Source: a virus
Taxonomy: Duplodnaviria; Caudoviricetes
Length of the DNA: 64,000 nucleotides
IMG/VR virus record: IMGVR_UViG_3300032227_000318
Coordinates: 32,001-96,000 of that record
Strand: one strand, 5' to 3'
Below the pieces are notes generated by a model, which was not told the DNA's origin, ran no database searches, and was given only the letters and a program-made list of their open reading frames with translations. Each line of letters starts with the position of its first letter. The first letter of the stretch is position 1. The position numbers were made by a program, and so were the translations under genes. Positions 30,469-40,917 of this stretch are shown in pieces.

Positions 30469-31227
30469 TTACTTTTTTTTATCGTTATACTTTTGGAATT
30501 TAATGACGAGCTTTGCAGCTTTTAATCTTCTGGCTTTTGCATCTTCAGCTTCTTTTTTAGCTTCAGGTGTTTTGGTTCTAATAGCTTTCTTTCTAGCATC
30601 TGTCTCTGTATCGTAAGCGTCATAATACTTTTCTGCTGCTTTGCGTTCGGCTCTTTTAGCTACATTTTTAAGTTCATCAAGACGCTCTTCTTTCAAATTG
30701 CCGTCATGCTCATCTTTATTAAGAAGGTAATTATTTTGTTGATCTGCTGAAACTACAGTATCATCTTCATCTTCATCATCTTCTTCGCTGTCATCCATTT
30801 CTGATTCATAATCACCTAGAATTTCTTCTAGTTCATCATCATCTACAACTTCAGCAAATACATCAAACAATCCAAGATCATTCATTTGATATTCAAAATA
30901 TAGAAAATAAGGTGAGTCGCTTTTAGAAACAAACTCACCAGTATTTGTCTGACCATATTTCTCACCAAACTGGCTAATATTGAAAATTACATTACCTGAA
31001 TTGCCTTCCATAAACTGATGTGCAGGAAGAAAAATGTGGTAATAAGCTAGAGCTTTTCTAACTCTTTCAAGAGAAACATAAGGCGTAACAACAGATTTAG
31101 TAGTAACTCCACTCAGGAGGCTGTTGATATTATCTCTTACAGAAGAGTTTTCAACACCAACAAAGTTTTTATCAGTCAATGCTTGTGGTGTAATTTCTTC
31201 ATTAATATATTCTTTAAACTTCTTCAT
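30469..31227 (-). CDS. Putative internal virion protein
   Basis: MKKFKEYINEE N-terminus, acidic tract. Confidence 0.6.
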   Translation of the reverse strand: MKKFKEYINEEITPQALTDKNFVGVENSSVRDNINSLLSGVTTKSVVTPYVSLERVRKALAYYHIFLPAHQFMEGNSGNVIFNISQFGEKYGQTNTGEFVSKSDSPYFLYFEYQMNDLGLFDVFAEVVDDDELEEILGDYESEMDDSEEDDEDEDDTVVSADQQNNYLLNKDEHDGNLKEERLDELKNVAKRAERKAAEKYYDAYDTETDARKKAIRTKTPEAKKEAEDAKARRLKAAKLVIKFQKYNDKKK

Positions 31228-31247
31228 ATTGTTAGCCCTATCTTCTA

Positions 31248-31847
31248 TTAAACACCAGTGAAGTATACGTTATCTCTTGGATCGTCACCAGTTATTGAAC
31301 CCATAGCTACGAGTGTTTCGTAGTTTAGACGACCAGCACGACCGCCAAGAGTTATTGATAGACTTGGCCAAAGTGTATTTGAACCATTTGTTCTAACGTT
31401 AAGACTTGAGACGGCAGAGAATCCAGAACCACCATTGTTAATGGTAATGCTGTTGATAGTATTCAATGTTGAGTTGGATGAGAACGACTGTAGAGTGTTC
31501 TGTGAGTTGGCAATAGTGAACGAAGCATTAAAGCCTGCACCTTGTGCCAATACGCTTGAATCTGTAATAAGCAGAAAACCGGCGGCATTGATACCTGTAC
31601 CACCATTGACAATATCAATACGTGTTACTGGGCCTGTACCGACCTTCTGGCTCTGCCAGCCGCCGTGTGGTCCATGAACTGCATTGTTATTCATTTCGTT
31701 AGCTGACACACCAAATACGTTGCCATAATATGCATTGGTGTTAGCCGCTGAACCATTGATTGTTGAGCTAGACGAAACATTTGTAGTGTTAGCAAATAGT
31801 GGCTTTTGATAGCCGTTTGCTGTATCTTGATTTCCCCATAGAGGCAT
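31248..31847 (-). CDS. Putative virion structural protein
   Basis: MPLWG start, HGGW, GRAGR..YETLVAM; late promoter upstream. Confidence 0.7.
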   Translation of the reverse strand: MPLWGNQDTANGYQKPLFANTTNVSSSSTINGSAANTNAYYGNVFGVSANEMNNNAVHGPHGGWQSQKVGTGPVTRIDIVNGGTGINAAGFLLITDSSVLAQGAGFNASFTIANSQNTLQSFSSNSTLNTINSITINNGGSGFSAVSSLNVRTNGSNTLWPSLSITLGGRAGRLNYETLVAMGSITGDDPRDNVYFTGV

Positions 31848-31890
31848 TTTTATTACTCCTTTAAAGCTTTCTTTTATTTATCTATAATAA

Positions 31891-32328
31891 TTATTGTTTA
31901 CCAAACTGTTCAATCTCGGGTGTTATGGTAACTTTCTGACCTTTTTTCTTTGTGTCAGTAGCACCTAAATCATCTGTTTCTTCTTCAGCAACAGGTCTGG
32001 ATGTATTACCATAAGTAGACGGTCTTCTCTTTTGATTTCCGTGGGCTTCATAACCCATTCTATCAGATGGCAACTTAGATATATTGCCTACTGTTTGTTT
32101 TGGATTATGTCTAGCACCTACACCCTGCTGACGGAAAACAGATGCTTCTGCCATTCTATGAAGATAGTCATTTGGTGAAGCATCTTTCTTATCATAAGGA
32201 TCAGCAATATGTACAGGTTTGAATTGCTGCTTCTTCAAATATTTTGCATTAGCGGTTTTTGGATCCTGTTCTTGTAGCCTCTTTTTACGGAGAACTTTTA
32301 TCATTTCTGCGAGTTGTTTGTTATTCAT
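31891..32328 (-). CDS. Hypothetical protein
   Basis: ORF coupled to upstream gene. Confidence 0.55.
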   Translation of the reverse strand: MNNKQLAEMIKVLRKKRLQEQDPKTANAKYLKKQQFKPVHIADPYDKKDASPNDYLHRMAEASVFRQQGVGARHNPKQTVGNISKLPSDRMGYEAHGNQKRRPSTYGNTSRPVAEEETDDLGATDTKKKGQKVTITPEIEQFGKQ

Positions 32329-34208
32329 TATTTTGGTCCAAATGTTGCTGGTTTACGAACAGGTGCAGCAGCCGCCATTGCACTTGGTGCAGCCAATGTA
32401 CTATTTCTGGCAGGTTGTACACTAGGTGTAGCACTTGATGTTGGCTTAGCAGGAACAGAAGGACCACTTCTTTGTGCCATACCAGCTTTCATCTTCAACT
32501 CAGCAGATTGTGCCGCTGTTTGTGTTGGAGTAGCTGCTGTACCGCCAGCCTTCACATCGGTCTTCATTGTCTTGTTTTGAGCAGCATTAAGATAGTTTCT
32601 TAGAATTTCTTTGCTACTTGGATCGGCTTTGATGCCTCTGCTCTGTGCCCAAGCTTGAACATCTTTAATACCAGCTTTACCTTTCTTTGCAGCTTCTCTT
32701 TGCTTGTCGCTGAATTCAAAGCTTGGCTTAGCACTCATGACATTTGCTGGTTTCAAATTGGTTTGAACATTTGTTGCAGCCGATGCTGATGGTGGTTGAT
32801 TACCAACTGGTGTTGATGAAGTAGCTAATTCTAATCCTGCTCCTGCTGCTAAAGCAGAACCGCCTTTTGCAATTCTAGCCGCATTTGCTGCGGCAGCATT
32901 AGGTGTTTTTGGTCTATTTGCAATTCTGGCAATTCTGGCAGCATTTGCTGCGGCAGCATTAGGTGCGTTACCTTGTTGTACTGCTGGTCTTGCACCAGCA
33001 GAAGATTGCGCTCTATTTGTTACAGTAGCGTTTCTACGTATTTCTCTTTTGGCTTGATCAATACGTAGCTTTGATGCATCAGCAGCACTCATATTCGTTC
33101 TAACTGGTGCAACATTTCCACTCTGCTGTCTCATCTTTGCAACTTGACCTTGCATTGTTCCCTGCACTGCTGCTGATTGTTTTTTAGGAACTAGACGCTT
33201 TCTTGTTCTAGGTCCTGAACTAGTGTTTATTTTTTCGCCGGTTCTTGTATTTACATTTCTAAGACCAGGATCAATTCTAACCGGTCTACGAGCAAGTGTT
33301 CCTGTTTTTGCAGTACCACCACCAAATCTACCGCCACCGTAAGGTGTGTAGGGTTGACCTAAACCAGCAGTCATTCTATTTTCATAAGAATCAATATCAT
33401 CCTCGTTTAAAACCGCCACGGCCTGCTTTTCAGCAGAAGCAGTTACACTCAAACCGTGGCGGTTATTAAAACCCTCTTTTTCTTCTTTCATTGCCTGCTT
33501 TGTAGCAGTGGCATACATTACTTCTTTACCGCGTCCAGGATAACGCTTTTCCCAGTTAGAGACTGGCTTCATAGACTTGGCTATTTCTTCGCGCTTTGCC
33601 ATTTCAGCGTTAGTCATTTTCTTTTCTGCTAACTTCTTCATTATCTTATTCACAACAGCTTCTTTTATCGTACCTACAGGAAGAGAAGTCTTAGCAGCAC
33701 GATTGACTGTCTGTGTCTTTGGCTTTGCATAGTCAGGAGTTGTTCCTGCTGGTGCATAATCAGGCTTCTTGATGCCCATTGAAGATGGTGATGTTACATC
33801 GCTTTCTTCCATTGGCTTCTTCTTAGCACGAAGCATCTTGAAATCTTTTGCTGTTAGCTTGTCCTTTTCAGGCTCATGAACGTCAAGCTTCTGCTGATTT
33901 GGATGAAGTTCTTCTTTCATAACTTCCCAATCTTTACCAGGATTCTTCACAGAATTAATCTCTTTGCCGGAAGTCTTGTGCTTATACATCTTAGCACTTT
34001 CCTTCTTCTTCACTGGACCCATATCATCACTTTCATTTAGAACCTGCTTATAAGCAGCATCCCACTGACCCTGATGTTCATGTGGAAGAGCCTTGCGGTC
34101 TTCAATACCAAAATATTCGTTTACTACTCTTGCAGCGTCACGTTCAGCTTGATTTCTCTTCATTACTTCCTGAACTGCACCAATTAATGGATCGTTTTTG
34201 TTAAGCAT
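32328..34208 (-). CDS. Modular low-complexity protein, putative internal virion protein
   Basis: Repeated xxE boundaries; PNAAAANAARIA x2; AEMAKREEI module shared with 34251-37883. Confidence 0.6.
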   Translation of the reverse strand: MLNKNDPLIGAVQEVMKRNQAERDAARVVNEYFGIEDRKALPHEHQGQWDAAYKQVLNESDDMGPVKKKESAKMYKHKTSGKEINSVKNPGKDWEVMKEELHPNQQKLDVHEPEKDKLTAKDFKMLRAKKKPMEESDVTSPSSMGIKKPDYAPAGTTPDYAKPKTQTVNRAAKTSLPVGTIKEAVVNKIMKKLAEKKMTNAEMAKREEIAKSMKPVSNWEKRYPGRGKEVMYATATKQAMKEEKEGFNNRHGLSVTASAEKQAVAVLNEDDIDSYENRMTAGLGQPYTPYGGGRFGGGTAKTGTLARRPVRIDPGLRNVNTRTGEKINTSSGPRTRKRLVPKKQSAAVQGTMQGQVAKMRQQSGNVAPVRTNMSAADASKLRIDQAKREIRRNATVTNRAQSSAGARPAVQQGNAPNAAAANAARIARIANRPKTPNAAAANAARIAKGGSALAAGAGLELATSSTPVGNQPPSASAATNVQTNLKPANVMSAKPSFEFSDKQREAAKKGKAGIKDVQAWAQSRGIKADPSSKEILRNYLNAAQNKTMKTDVKAGGTAATPTQTAAQSAELKMKAGMAQRSGPSVPAKPTSSATPSVQPARNSTLAAPSAMAAAAPVRKPATFGPK

Positions 34209-34250
34209 TTTAGTGTTCCTCTATGGATTTTACTTATATTTATTGAATTT

Positions 34251-37200
34251 CTATTCTTCGCAGTTCCAGCGTCTAAGCGACATGGCTTTACGTGTTGGTC
34301 TGCCCTTTTTATCTTTCATTGGGCCTCTCATATTACCCATTCTAGCACAGAAACGCCGGCGGCGTTTCGCTGCTTCTCCTTTTGGATCTAGTTTAGATGG
34401 TGGTGTTGTAACCGCAGTCTTGATACCAAAGTGCTTTGCACCTTTTCTTGTTAATCCTGCACCACTCTCAGTTGATCTGTAAAGACCTTTTGAATCTGCA
34501 CCACGTTCATTAAGCTGCTCTTCTGCAACTTGCTTTGCTCTTGCTGTAGCAATTGCAAAAGCTTTATTTTTTGACATGCCTTTACGCTTCAGAGCCATAA
34601 CAATCTCTTCGCGCTTCTTCATTTCAGCGTCAGACAATTCTCTTTCAGTTATCTCATCTTTGTTCTGCACGCCTATTGGACTTCTAGTATCCATAGGATC
34701 TTTACCACTAGAAGCTGCCATTTCTTTTAGCTTCTTAACACTCTTTGCACCAGAATGATCACAACCACAACCAGATTCTTCTAACTTGATAGCGGCTTCA
34801 ATTAATTTTTCTTCGGCTAGATGACCATACTTTTCAATAAACTTATGTTGTGTCTTTGCACTATTCATCCAGTTTTCAATAGATTCAGATAGTGTATACC
34901 CAATTGAAGTCATTGGTCTGTACTGAGTTGTAGTTGGACCTATGCCATCACCAAATGGTAAACCGCCTCTTGGTATTACGTTGTCTTCTTGGGCCAGTTT
35001 CTTTTTCTTCTTCTGACCTGGTGTGTCTTTCTTATAACGATTTGTTAGCTTTGGTGTACCCCAATCACCTGCACCATGTTCTTCCATGAATGTTTCAAAT
35101 TTATTATCTAGATTTTCAGCAAGAGGTCGCTTGACTTTCTTCTTCAATCTGTTGTTCTTCTTATATTCTTTTTCCATGCTGATTGCTTCACGGCCTTCTT
35201 CAACAGGCATTCTATTTGATTCACTTACTGTTTTCCAACCGCCACCCTTAGACTTATACCACTTTGAAGCCCAACCGTTAGCATACGCTGATGGATATAC
35301 ATCAAACTTTGATCTAGCAAGTGACTTTGCTTTTGACCACAATGCAGGATTGGTTGGCTTGTTCTTTTCTGTAAGTAGAGTTTCGTCTAAACGTTTACCT
35401 TCTTTATCGTACTTTCCTGATTTCTTTTTTGCTATTGCGATTGCAGCTTGTTGTGCCCAATTCTTAGCTTCTGTCTGCACATTAATAGGCTTGTTACCTT
35501 TTCCTGGTCTATCTGCCACTGGATCCTCTCTTCTTTTTCTTCTTGCTGATTTGGCGCGCTCTTCTTTACTCATTGATCTTGCAGAAGCTAATGGACGACA
35601 CTTTGGTTTACCTTCTCCAGGCTCACGCGCGCACGGACCCTTAATATTGCCTTTAGTATCAAATCTTACCCATTTTTCACGGAACCATTTATCAAGGTCT
35701 TCGTTCAACTGAACTCTGACTAGTTTGCCACCTTTACTGTGGAACATAACTTTGTTTATGCCATTTACTCTACGGCCAAATCTACCAAAACCATAGTATG
35801 ATAAGCCAAGTCTTCTTGCTTGTGACATTAATTCATTGTCTGGTTTATGTACGACCTGAGGAATAGATTGTTGAGTCTGAGTGAGTGTCTTATATCTCTT
35901 TGGTTCTTGATACTGTGTGATACCGCGCTTCTGTGCTTCACCTTCAATCCATTTCTTTGCTGCTGGATTTTGATTCTCAGAACGAACAAACTGTTGTGCC
36001 ATACGGCGTACACGATCAAATGTTGTCTGTATTGACTGCTTCTCTTCCGGTGATACTTTACGTATATCGGCTGTGTTATCAATTACAGCAAAATTTTTAT
36101 TACCAAATATCTTTTGTAGTTCACCAATATTTTTCTGAGCTAGATCCCACTTCTCTTGACGAATATCTTCTGAACCATCAGGCACACCTTGCTTATCTGT
36201 ACCATCAGGAACTTTACGGTTACCCATCTTACCGCGTTCAACATTACGCTGTCTTGATACTTCATTTGATGTATTGACAAATACCATCATGGTTTCGTAA
36301 CCATCATCTTCCAGCTTTTGCTTGACTGTCTTGATCTTCTCTAGATCATCTGCTGTACCATTAATGATTAGGCCTAGACGACCTGCTAGTGCTAACCGTT
36401 CTTTTTCTTTAGTAATATTCTTTGCACGACCACGAACGATATCACGCTCAACTTTCTCTTCATCAGGCATTTCAAGATCAAGACCATTCTTTCTCATCAA
36501 GTATTCAAACGCAACATCTGAATTTACTTCTTTTAGACCTTCGCCCTGTAGTACTGAGTTCATTACAAAGTCTTTACCAGAACCTGGTCCGCCTGCTAAG
36601 AAGATTGCTTTTAGTTTACCAGGATCATTGATGCCTTCATTGAGTTGTGTTCTCACCGCTTTAAATCCTTTTACTGCTCTCTTTTGATATTCATTTGATC
36701 CTTTTTTATCCAACCAATAGCTTTCAACACCATTGTCTGTCCAAAGTCCTGATGTTCTATTTTGTATTTCATTGGTATATGCTTGATTGTCTAATACGTA
36801 TTGCGGCACATCTGTAGGTGAAACTTCACCAGTTACATTGCCTAATCCTCTAACACCACCCATTGCCGCTGTATTTGTTTCAATTACATAGCTCTTATCA
36901 AACATTTGTGGTTGCTCTTTCGCAAACCAACGCATGATCTTACCTGCTTCTGAATTAGCTTCATTCTCAATATCAGAACCAGTTGCGCCTTCTTTTTCTA
37001 TATCTTTACCTAAACGGCCGTCTTCGTTCTGCTTGTGATGTACAAGTTCATGAGCAATAGAACGAAATATGTCCATTGGATGACGATTAACTGTGCTGAT
37101 AGAAAGTTCATTTGATGAAGGATTATATGCAGCGAATGAATTGTAGTCATCATCATCTGACTTATATCTAACAGTAGGCATTGACTTTAGGCCTAGCTTG

Positions 37201-37883
37201 TCGGATGCAAAAGACACGAAAGAGTCCAGCATTGGTGCTAGTTCTTTACGTGTTACTTCTTCTCGTAGTTGTTTGATTGTTTTTTGCATGGCACCAATCT
37301 TAGTCTTCATTAGCTTGTGAACATCAGCATCATATTTGCCAAACAAATCTTTAATAAACTCTTTTTGAGTCTTATTATCAAGAGAAACAAATTGCTTACG
37401 GAGTTCAGATGCAGATGTAGCTGGTTTACCTAAAACGTCAAATGTAAATGTAGGTGTTACAATGACATAACCTTGCATCTTTTGAGCATCACCAAATGGT
37501 TTCAGATTCTTTTCATTGCCTGCATACGGCTGAAGATATCCTGGTTTACCTGATTTGGTCGGTTGGAATGAAAAGCGAGGGTCTTCATCCATGTCTTTTT
37601 GCGACACTGCAAAGATTAGCACTGTCGTTTTTGGATCAAAATCTTTGAGAATTTCCCTAGCCATGTAGGGATTGAGAACTTGCTTGATCTTACCAGCTGG
37701 AACACCAGCTAGTCTCATCATCTGCTTTTTTTCTTGGAAGTTAAACGGGCTTTTTGGAGCTTCGACTTTATCAGATGTGGCGATATAAGCATCACCAAAC
37801 TTGCTCTTTAACCACTGAAAGACCTGAGCGTGACCTTTGTGAAATGGCTGAAAACGCCCAGGATAAATTACTAATTTTTTCAT
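34251..37883 (-). CDS. Multidomain protein: HxGH nucleotidyltransferase + HExxH peptidase + P-loop kinase + small modules
   Basis: GRFQPFHKGH; AHELVHHKQ; FLAGGPGSGK; KFDVYPSAYANGW; late promoter 37917-37924. Confidence 0.8.
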   Translation of the reverse strand: MKKLVIYPGRFQPFHKGHAQVFQWLKSKFGDAYIATSDKVEAPKSPFNFQEKKQMMRLAGVPAGKIKQVLNPYMAREILKDFDPKTTVLIFAVSQKDMDEDPRFSFQPTKSGKPGYLQPYAGNEKNLKPFGDAQKMQGYVIVTPTFTFDVLGKPATSASELRKQFVSLDNKTQKEFIKDLFGKYDADVHKLMKTKIGAMQKTIKQLREEVTRKELAPMLDSFVSFASDKLGLKSMPTVRYKSDDDDYNSFAAYNPSSNELSISTVNRHPMDIFRSIAHELVHHKQNEDGRLGKDIEKEGATGSDIENEANSEAGKIMRWFAKEQPQMFDKSYVIETNTAAMGGVRGLGNVTGEVSPTDVPQYVLDNQAYTNEIQNRTSGLWTDNGVESYWLDKKGSNEYQKRAVKGFKAVRTQLNEGINDPGKLKAIFLAGGPGSGKDFVMNSVLQGEGLKEVNSDVAFEYLMRKNGLDLEMPDEEKVERDIVRGRAKNITKEKERLALAGRLGLIINGTADDLEKIKTVKQKLEDDGYETMMVFVNTSNEVSRQRNVERGKMGNRKVPDGTDKQGVPDGSEDIRQEKWDLAQKNIGELQKIFGNKNFAVIDNTADIRKVSPEEKQSIQTTFDRVRRMAQQFVRSENQNPAAKKWIEGEAQKRGITQYQEPKRYKTLTQTQQSIPQVVHKPDNELMSQARRLGLSYYGFGRFGRRVNGINKVMFHSKGGKLVRVQLNEDLDKWFREKWVRFDTKGNIKGPCAREPGEGKPKCRPLASARSMSKEERAKSARRKRREDPVADRPGKGNKPINVQTEAKNWAQQAAIAIAKKKSGKYDKEGKRLDETLLTEKNKPTNPALWSKAKSLARSKFDVYPSAYANGWASKWYKSKGGGWKTVSESNRMPVEEGREAISMEKEYKKNNRLKKKVKRPLAENLDNKFETFMEEHGAGDWGTPKLTNRYKKDTPGQKKKKKLAQEDNVIPRGGLPFGDGIGPTTTQYRPMTSIGYTLSESIENWMNSAKTQHKFIEKYGHLAEEKLIEAAIKLEESGCGCDHSGAKSVKKLKEMAASSGKDPMDTRSPIGVQNKDEITERELSDAEMKKREEIVMALKRKGMSKNKAFAIATARAKQVAEEQLNERGADSKGLYRSTESGAGLTRKGAKHFGIKTAVTTPPSKLDPKGEAAKRRRRFCARMGNMRGPMKDKKGRPTRKAMSLRRWNCEE

Positions 37884-37934
37884 ACTTCCCTCTATAGGAA
37901 CGTTAATTTATAGAGGTATTTAGTAAATTACGGT

Positions 37935-38996
37935 TTACAAGTATCTGGAATTTATAACTTTTTGTCTAGCTATTCTAGCTAAAGTTTCGGTCAACGATCT
38001 ATATTCTACACCAACAAACTCTTTTGCCACTCTCAATAGCTCTAGAATAGGCAGATCAACTACAATAGCATTGATTTTCGATTCTTTGTTTGTGTTATAA
38101 TCTGCTAGCCAGCGATGATGACCATCCATTATGTAACCGTCATTAGATACGATGATTTTATTGTCTGATCTTTGACCAATCAACTGATCAACCTTTGTCA
38201 TATCAAATTCAGATTGAGTGGCCTTCAAGTCTTTGACTGGCAATTTCTTTGTAGTGAATGTGACATCATTCTTGGTTAAATGTTTGAGAAAATTTGGTAC
38301 CTGTTCACTTTTGATCTGCGGCATAAGTGCGCGAGAGAATGTCATACCAATCTTTGGTATCTCAATCTCTTCAGAAAGATCACGATTATATTTTGATACT
38401 TTACCGTCTTTGACGATATATCCAATAGCTTCGACTTTCGGGAACATAGCTGCGACCTTGAATAGAATGTCAAGGTTCTTAGGATGATCATCCCACATAC
38501 GCACACGGTCATACTTGCCTGTAGCTAAGTATTTCTTTAAGATTACGCCCTTATTGATATGCGCTGGTGATTTAGGATTAAGTTTAGATAGGTTGCCTGA
38601 ACGCTCTACATATACATGATCGATAGGAAAACCATGATCACGAAATGCTTGCAGAAACTCTTTGTGATCATCAAAATCGGCCCGTGCCGTCAAAATAATT
38701 GAATGTGAATTCTCAGATTGATTCCATACAATTTCTTTAGCTCTATCTAAAACATTATTGATAGGTTTGAATGTGTCACGAAAGATTTTACCTGAGCGAA
38801 ATTGACTAAAATCAAAACTTTCACCATCTCGTAATTTGTAATGATTGTATGCACCTGTATCAAGCACTTTAACTTGTTTGCCGTCTTTCATCACAGCCAC
38901 GCGCGCGTCCGTCACGCCTAGGGTGTCATCAATGTCCCACACATTTAATGTACGGATTTCGTTCTTGTGCTTCTTCAAGTATGCTTTGAGTTTCAT
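37935..38996 (-). CDS. HAD phosphatase fused to ParB/Srx-like domain
   Basis: WDIDDTL, ILTAR, MWDD..N; LKATQ, IMDGHHRWLA. Confidence 0.75.
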   Translation of the reverse strand: MKLKAYLKKHKNEIRTLNVWDIDDTLGVTDARVAVMKDGKQVKVLDTGAYNHYKLRDGESFDFSQFRSGKIFRDTFKPINNVLDRAKEIVWNQSENSHSIILTARADFDDHKEFLQAFRDHGFPIDHVYVERSGNLSKLNPKSPAHINKGVILKKYLATGKYDRVRMWDDHPKNLDILFKVAAMFPKVEAIGYIVKDGKVSKYNRDLSEEIEIPKIGMTFSRALMPQIKSEQVPNFLKHLTKNDVTFTTKKLPVKDLKATQSEFDMTKVDQLIGQRSDNKIIVSNDGYIMDGHHRWLADYNTNKESKINAIVVDLPILELLRVAKEFVGVEYRSLTETLARIARQKVINSRYL

Positions 38997-39682
38997 TGAT
39001 TATCATCTACTCCGTCATGTACCAATTCAGCATCATGGTGTCTCACTCCTCGTTTTACAGTAGTACCTGTTATTCTAATTCGTGATTTGGGATGTAATAT
39101 CCAATTCTCTTCGCCGCCATGATTATACATAGATTCCATTCTTCTAGGTGGAAATTTGAAATGTCTTTGATGTGAAATATGTTCGATGTATGCTGCGCGA
39201 GTTCCTTCAGGCACTCTCAATTTTATAATATCTTTTGATTCAAATCTTTTGGCAAATGAAGGAGAACTGCCGTAAGAAGTAATACCGTGATGTGTCCTTT
39301 CTGTTCCAGGTTTGATATCACCTTCTCCATCAAAACCACGGTACATATACATGTTACGAGGAGTTTTTGTCTTCTTTATGACAGCTTCTATCTTTTTAGC
39401 ACCTTCAGCAACTTTAGGATCGTTGTTCTCGCCTTTGTAGTGATCGTCAAATGGTTTACTACTGGCTAGGTAACTTCTTATATGTGGCACAGTATCATCA
39501 GGAACATTTGCGTTGGTCTGTTGATGAAATTGCTTTCTTATCTTACCCTGCTTTAAGATACTAACATGTGGCATGTCCAGGTATTCTTCGTTCTTCTTTT
39601 TCTTGAAGAGTTTACCTAAGCCAAATATCTCTTGGATATTTTCTTGATTATTCTCTGCTCTAAATTGCTTTAATGTCTTCAT
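38993..39682 (-). CDS. ADP-ribosyltransferase (R-S-E clade)
   Basis: YMYRG, TSYGSS..FA, LRVPEGT, GEENWIL; MKTLKQFRAE N-terminus. Confidence 0.7.
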   Translation of the reverse strand: MKTLKQFRAENNQENIQEIFGLGKLFKKKKNEEYLDMPHVSILKQGKIRKQFHQQTNANVPDDTVPHIRSYLASSKPFDDHYKGENNDPKVAEGAKKIEAVIKKTKTPRNMYMYRGFDGEGDIKPGTERTHHGITSYGSSPSFAKRFESKDIIKLRVPEGTRAAYIEHISHQRHFKFPPRRMESMYNHGGEENWILHPKSRIRITGTTVKRGVRHHDAELVHDGVDDNQ

Positions 39683-40917
39683 TTCTTTGACCAATTCTTT
39701 GTTGCATTGAAGTTTGCTTGTGAAAATTCTAATCTGTCTACCAACTTGACTGCTTTTCCAATTTTATCTATGGCCACAAACCCTTCAGGAGCTGTTACTT
39801 TGAGTCCAGTTGCGTCTGTTCTTAGATAAGTTCCTACAGAATCTTGCACCTGTTGCAGCTTACGTACTATCATATTTTTAGCACGAACCAACAAGTTTTG
39901 CAAGTCGAAAATTTTCTTCAACTCATTCTTGTTGTCTTTATAGAAATCCATTACAATCTTTTTTTCCATTTGGCGTTTCTGTTTTGTATCAGCTTTTTTC
40001 GCCTCTAAAATGGACTTGTTTAGCTTCTCTTCAGTTGTGGTAATTAATCCTGCAACATGCTGTGCTGTATTTGTTATTTCTTTTCCTTCACGAACCTTCA
40101 AATTATTCCATGCTTTGATGGCTATTTTATATGTATCGTTAGTGGCTATCTGATTCAGTGTGCGCGGTGATATGGTTCTGAATAGTGAACCTGCTTGTGA
40201 AAGTATAGAGTTTAATTCGTCTGTTTCTTGTTTGGTAAATGTAGCTGTACCAGACGCATCAACAAACGAAGCATCACGATACCATACATTCTTTGAACTC
40301 TTGAAACCGCCAATGTCCGCACCAAATGATGCTTTCATATCGGCCATAGTATCACCATTGTATGTTGTATGCCAGACAATTCCCATCTTGGCTGTTTTGA
40401 TACTATTAGCTAGATTGCTATCGGCTGGTACTACATAGACGATTGTGTTTGGCTGAAATGTAATATACTTTTTATTGTCTATAGTTTCTACTTTTAGATC
40501 GGCTGTAGTGAACATCATATCGCCTTGCATTACACCAGTAATACCAAGCTCAGGAAGATACTGTAGAGCAATCTTTAATTTCTTGTTAAGGCCTTCACCA
40601 GGATGATTTGCATCTATATCTGCATTGGTATAATTAAGCTTTGCATTCTGAGCGAATACACCTTTAGTACCAACAAAGAACTTACCATTCTCTGGATTGA
40701 TACCGGCAAAGATAGCAGGCGCTCCATCCCACTTTGTCGTTAAGTTAACGGTTCTACCAGTAGCATGACCAGCAAGCATATCACGAAGAGACTGTAGAAA
40801 GGATATTGCACCTCTTGTGCCAGTAATTCCTCCATTTAATACTTCGTCCTCTAAGTGTTCTAAGTGAAGGTTCTTGCCTTCTTTTGATTCTTTAAGATAT
40901 TGACTGAACAGAATCAT
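39679..40917 (-). CDS. Conserved protein with ligase/nucleotidyltransferase-like motifs
   Basis: TKWDGAPA (KxDG), QGDMMF, PEGFV, KLVDR; MILFSQYLKES N-terminus. Confidence 0.7.
   Translation of the reverse strand: MILFSQYLKESKEGKNLHLEHLEDEVLNGGITGTRGAISFLQSLRDMLAGHATGRTVNLTTKWDGAPAIFAGINPENGKFFVGTKGVFAQNAKLNYTNADIDANHPGEGLNKKLKIALQYLPELGITGVMQGDMMFTTADLKVETIDNKKYITFQPNTIVYVVPADSNLANSIKTAKMGIVWHTTYNGDTMADMKASFGADIGGFKSSKNVWYRDASFVDASGTATFTKQETDELNSILSQAGSLFRTISPRTLNQIATNDTYKIAIKAWNNLKVREGKEITNTAQHVAGLITTTEEKLNKSILEAKKADTKQKRQMEKKIVMDFYKDNKNELKKIFDLQNLLVRAKNMIVRKLQQVQDSVGTYLRTDATGLKVTAPEGFVAIDKIGKAVKLVDRLEFSQANFNATKNWSKK

Noticed and set aside
32875-32966. 60-nt-period direct repeat
   Set aside because: Two copies encoding PNAAAANAARIA within a low-complexity protein; not an array
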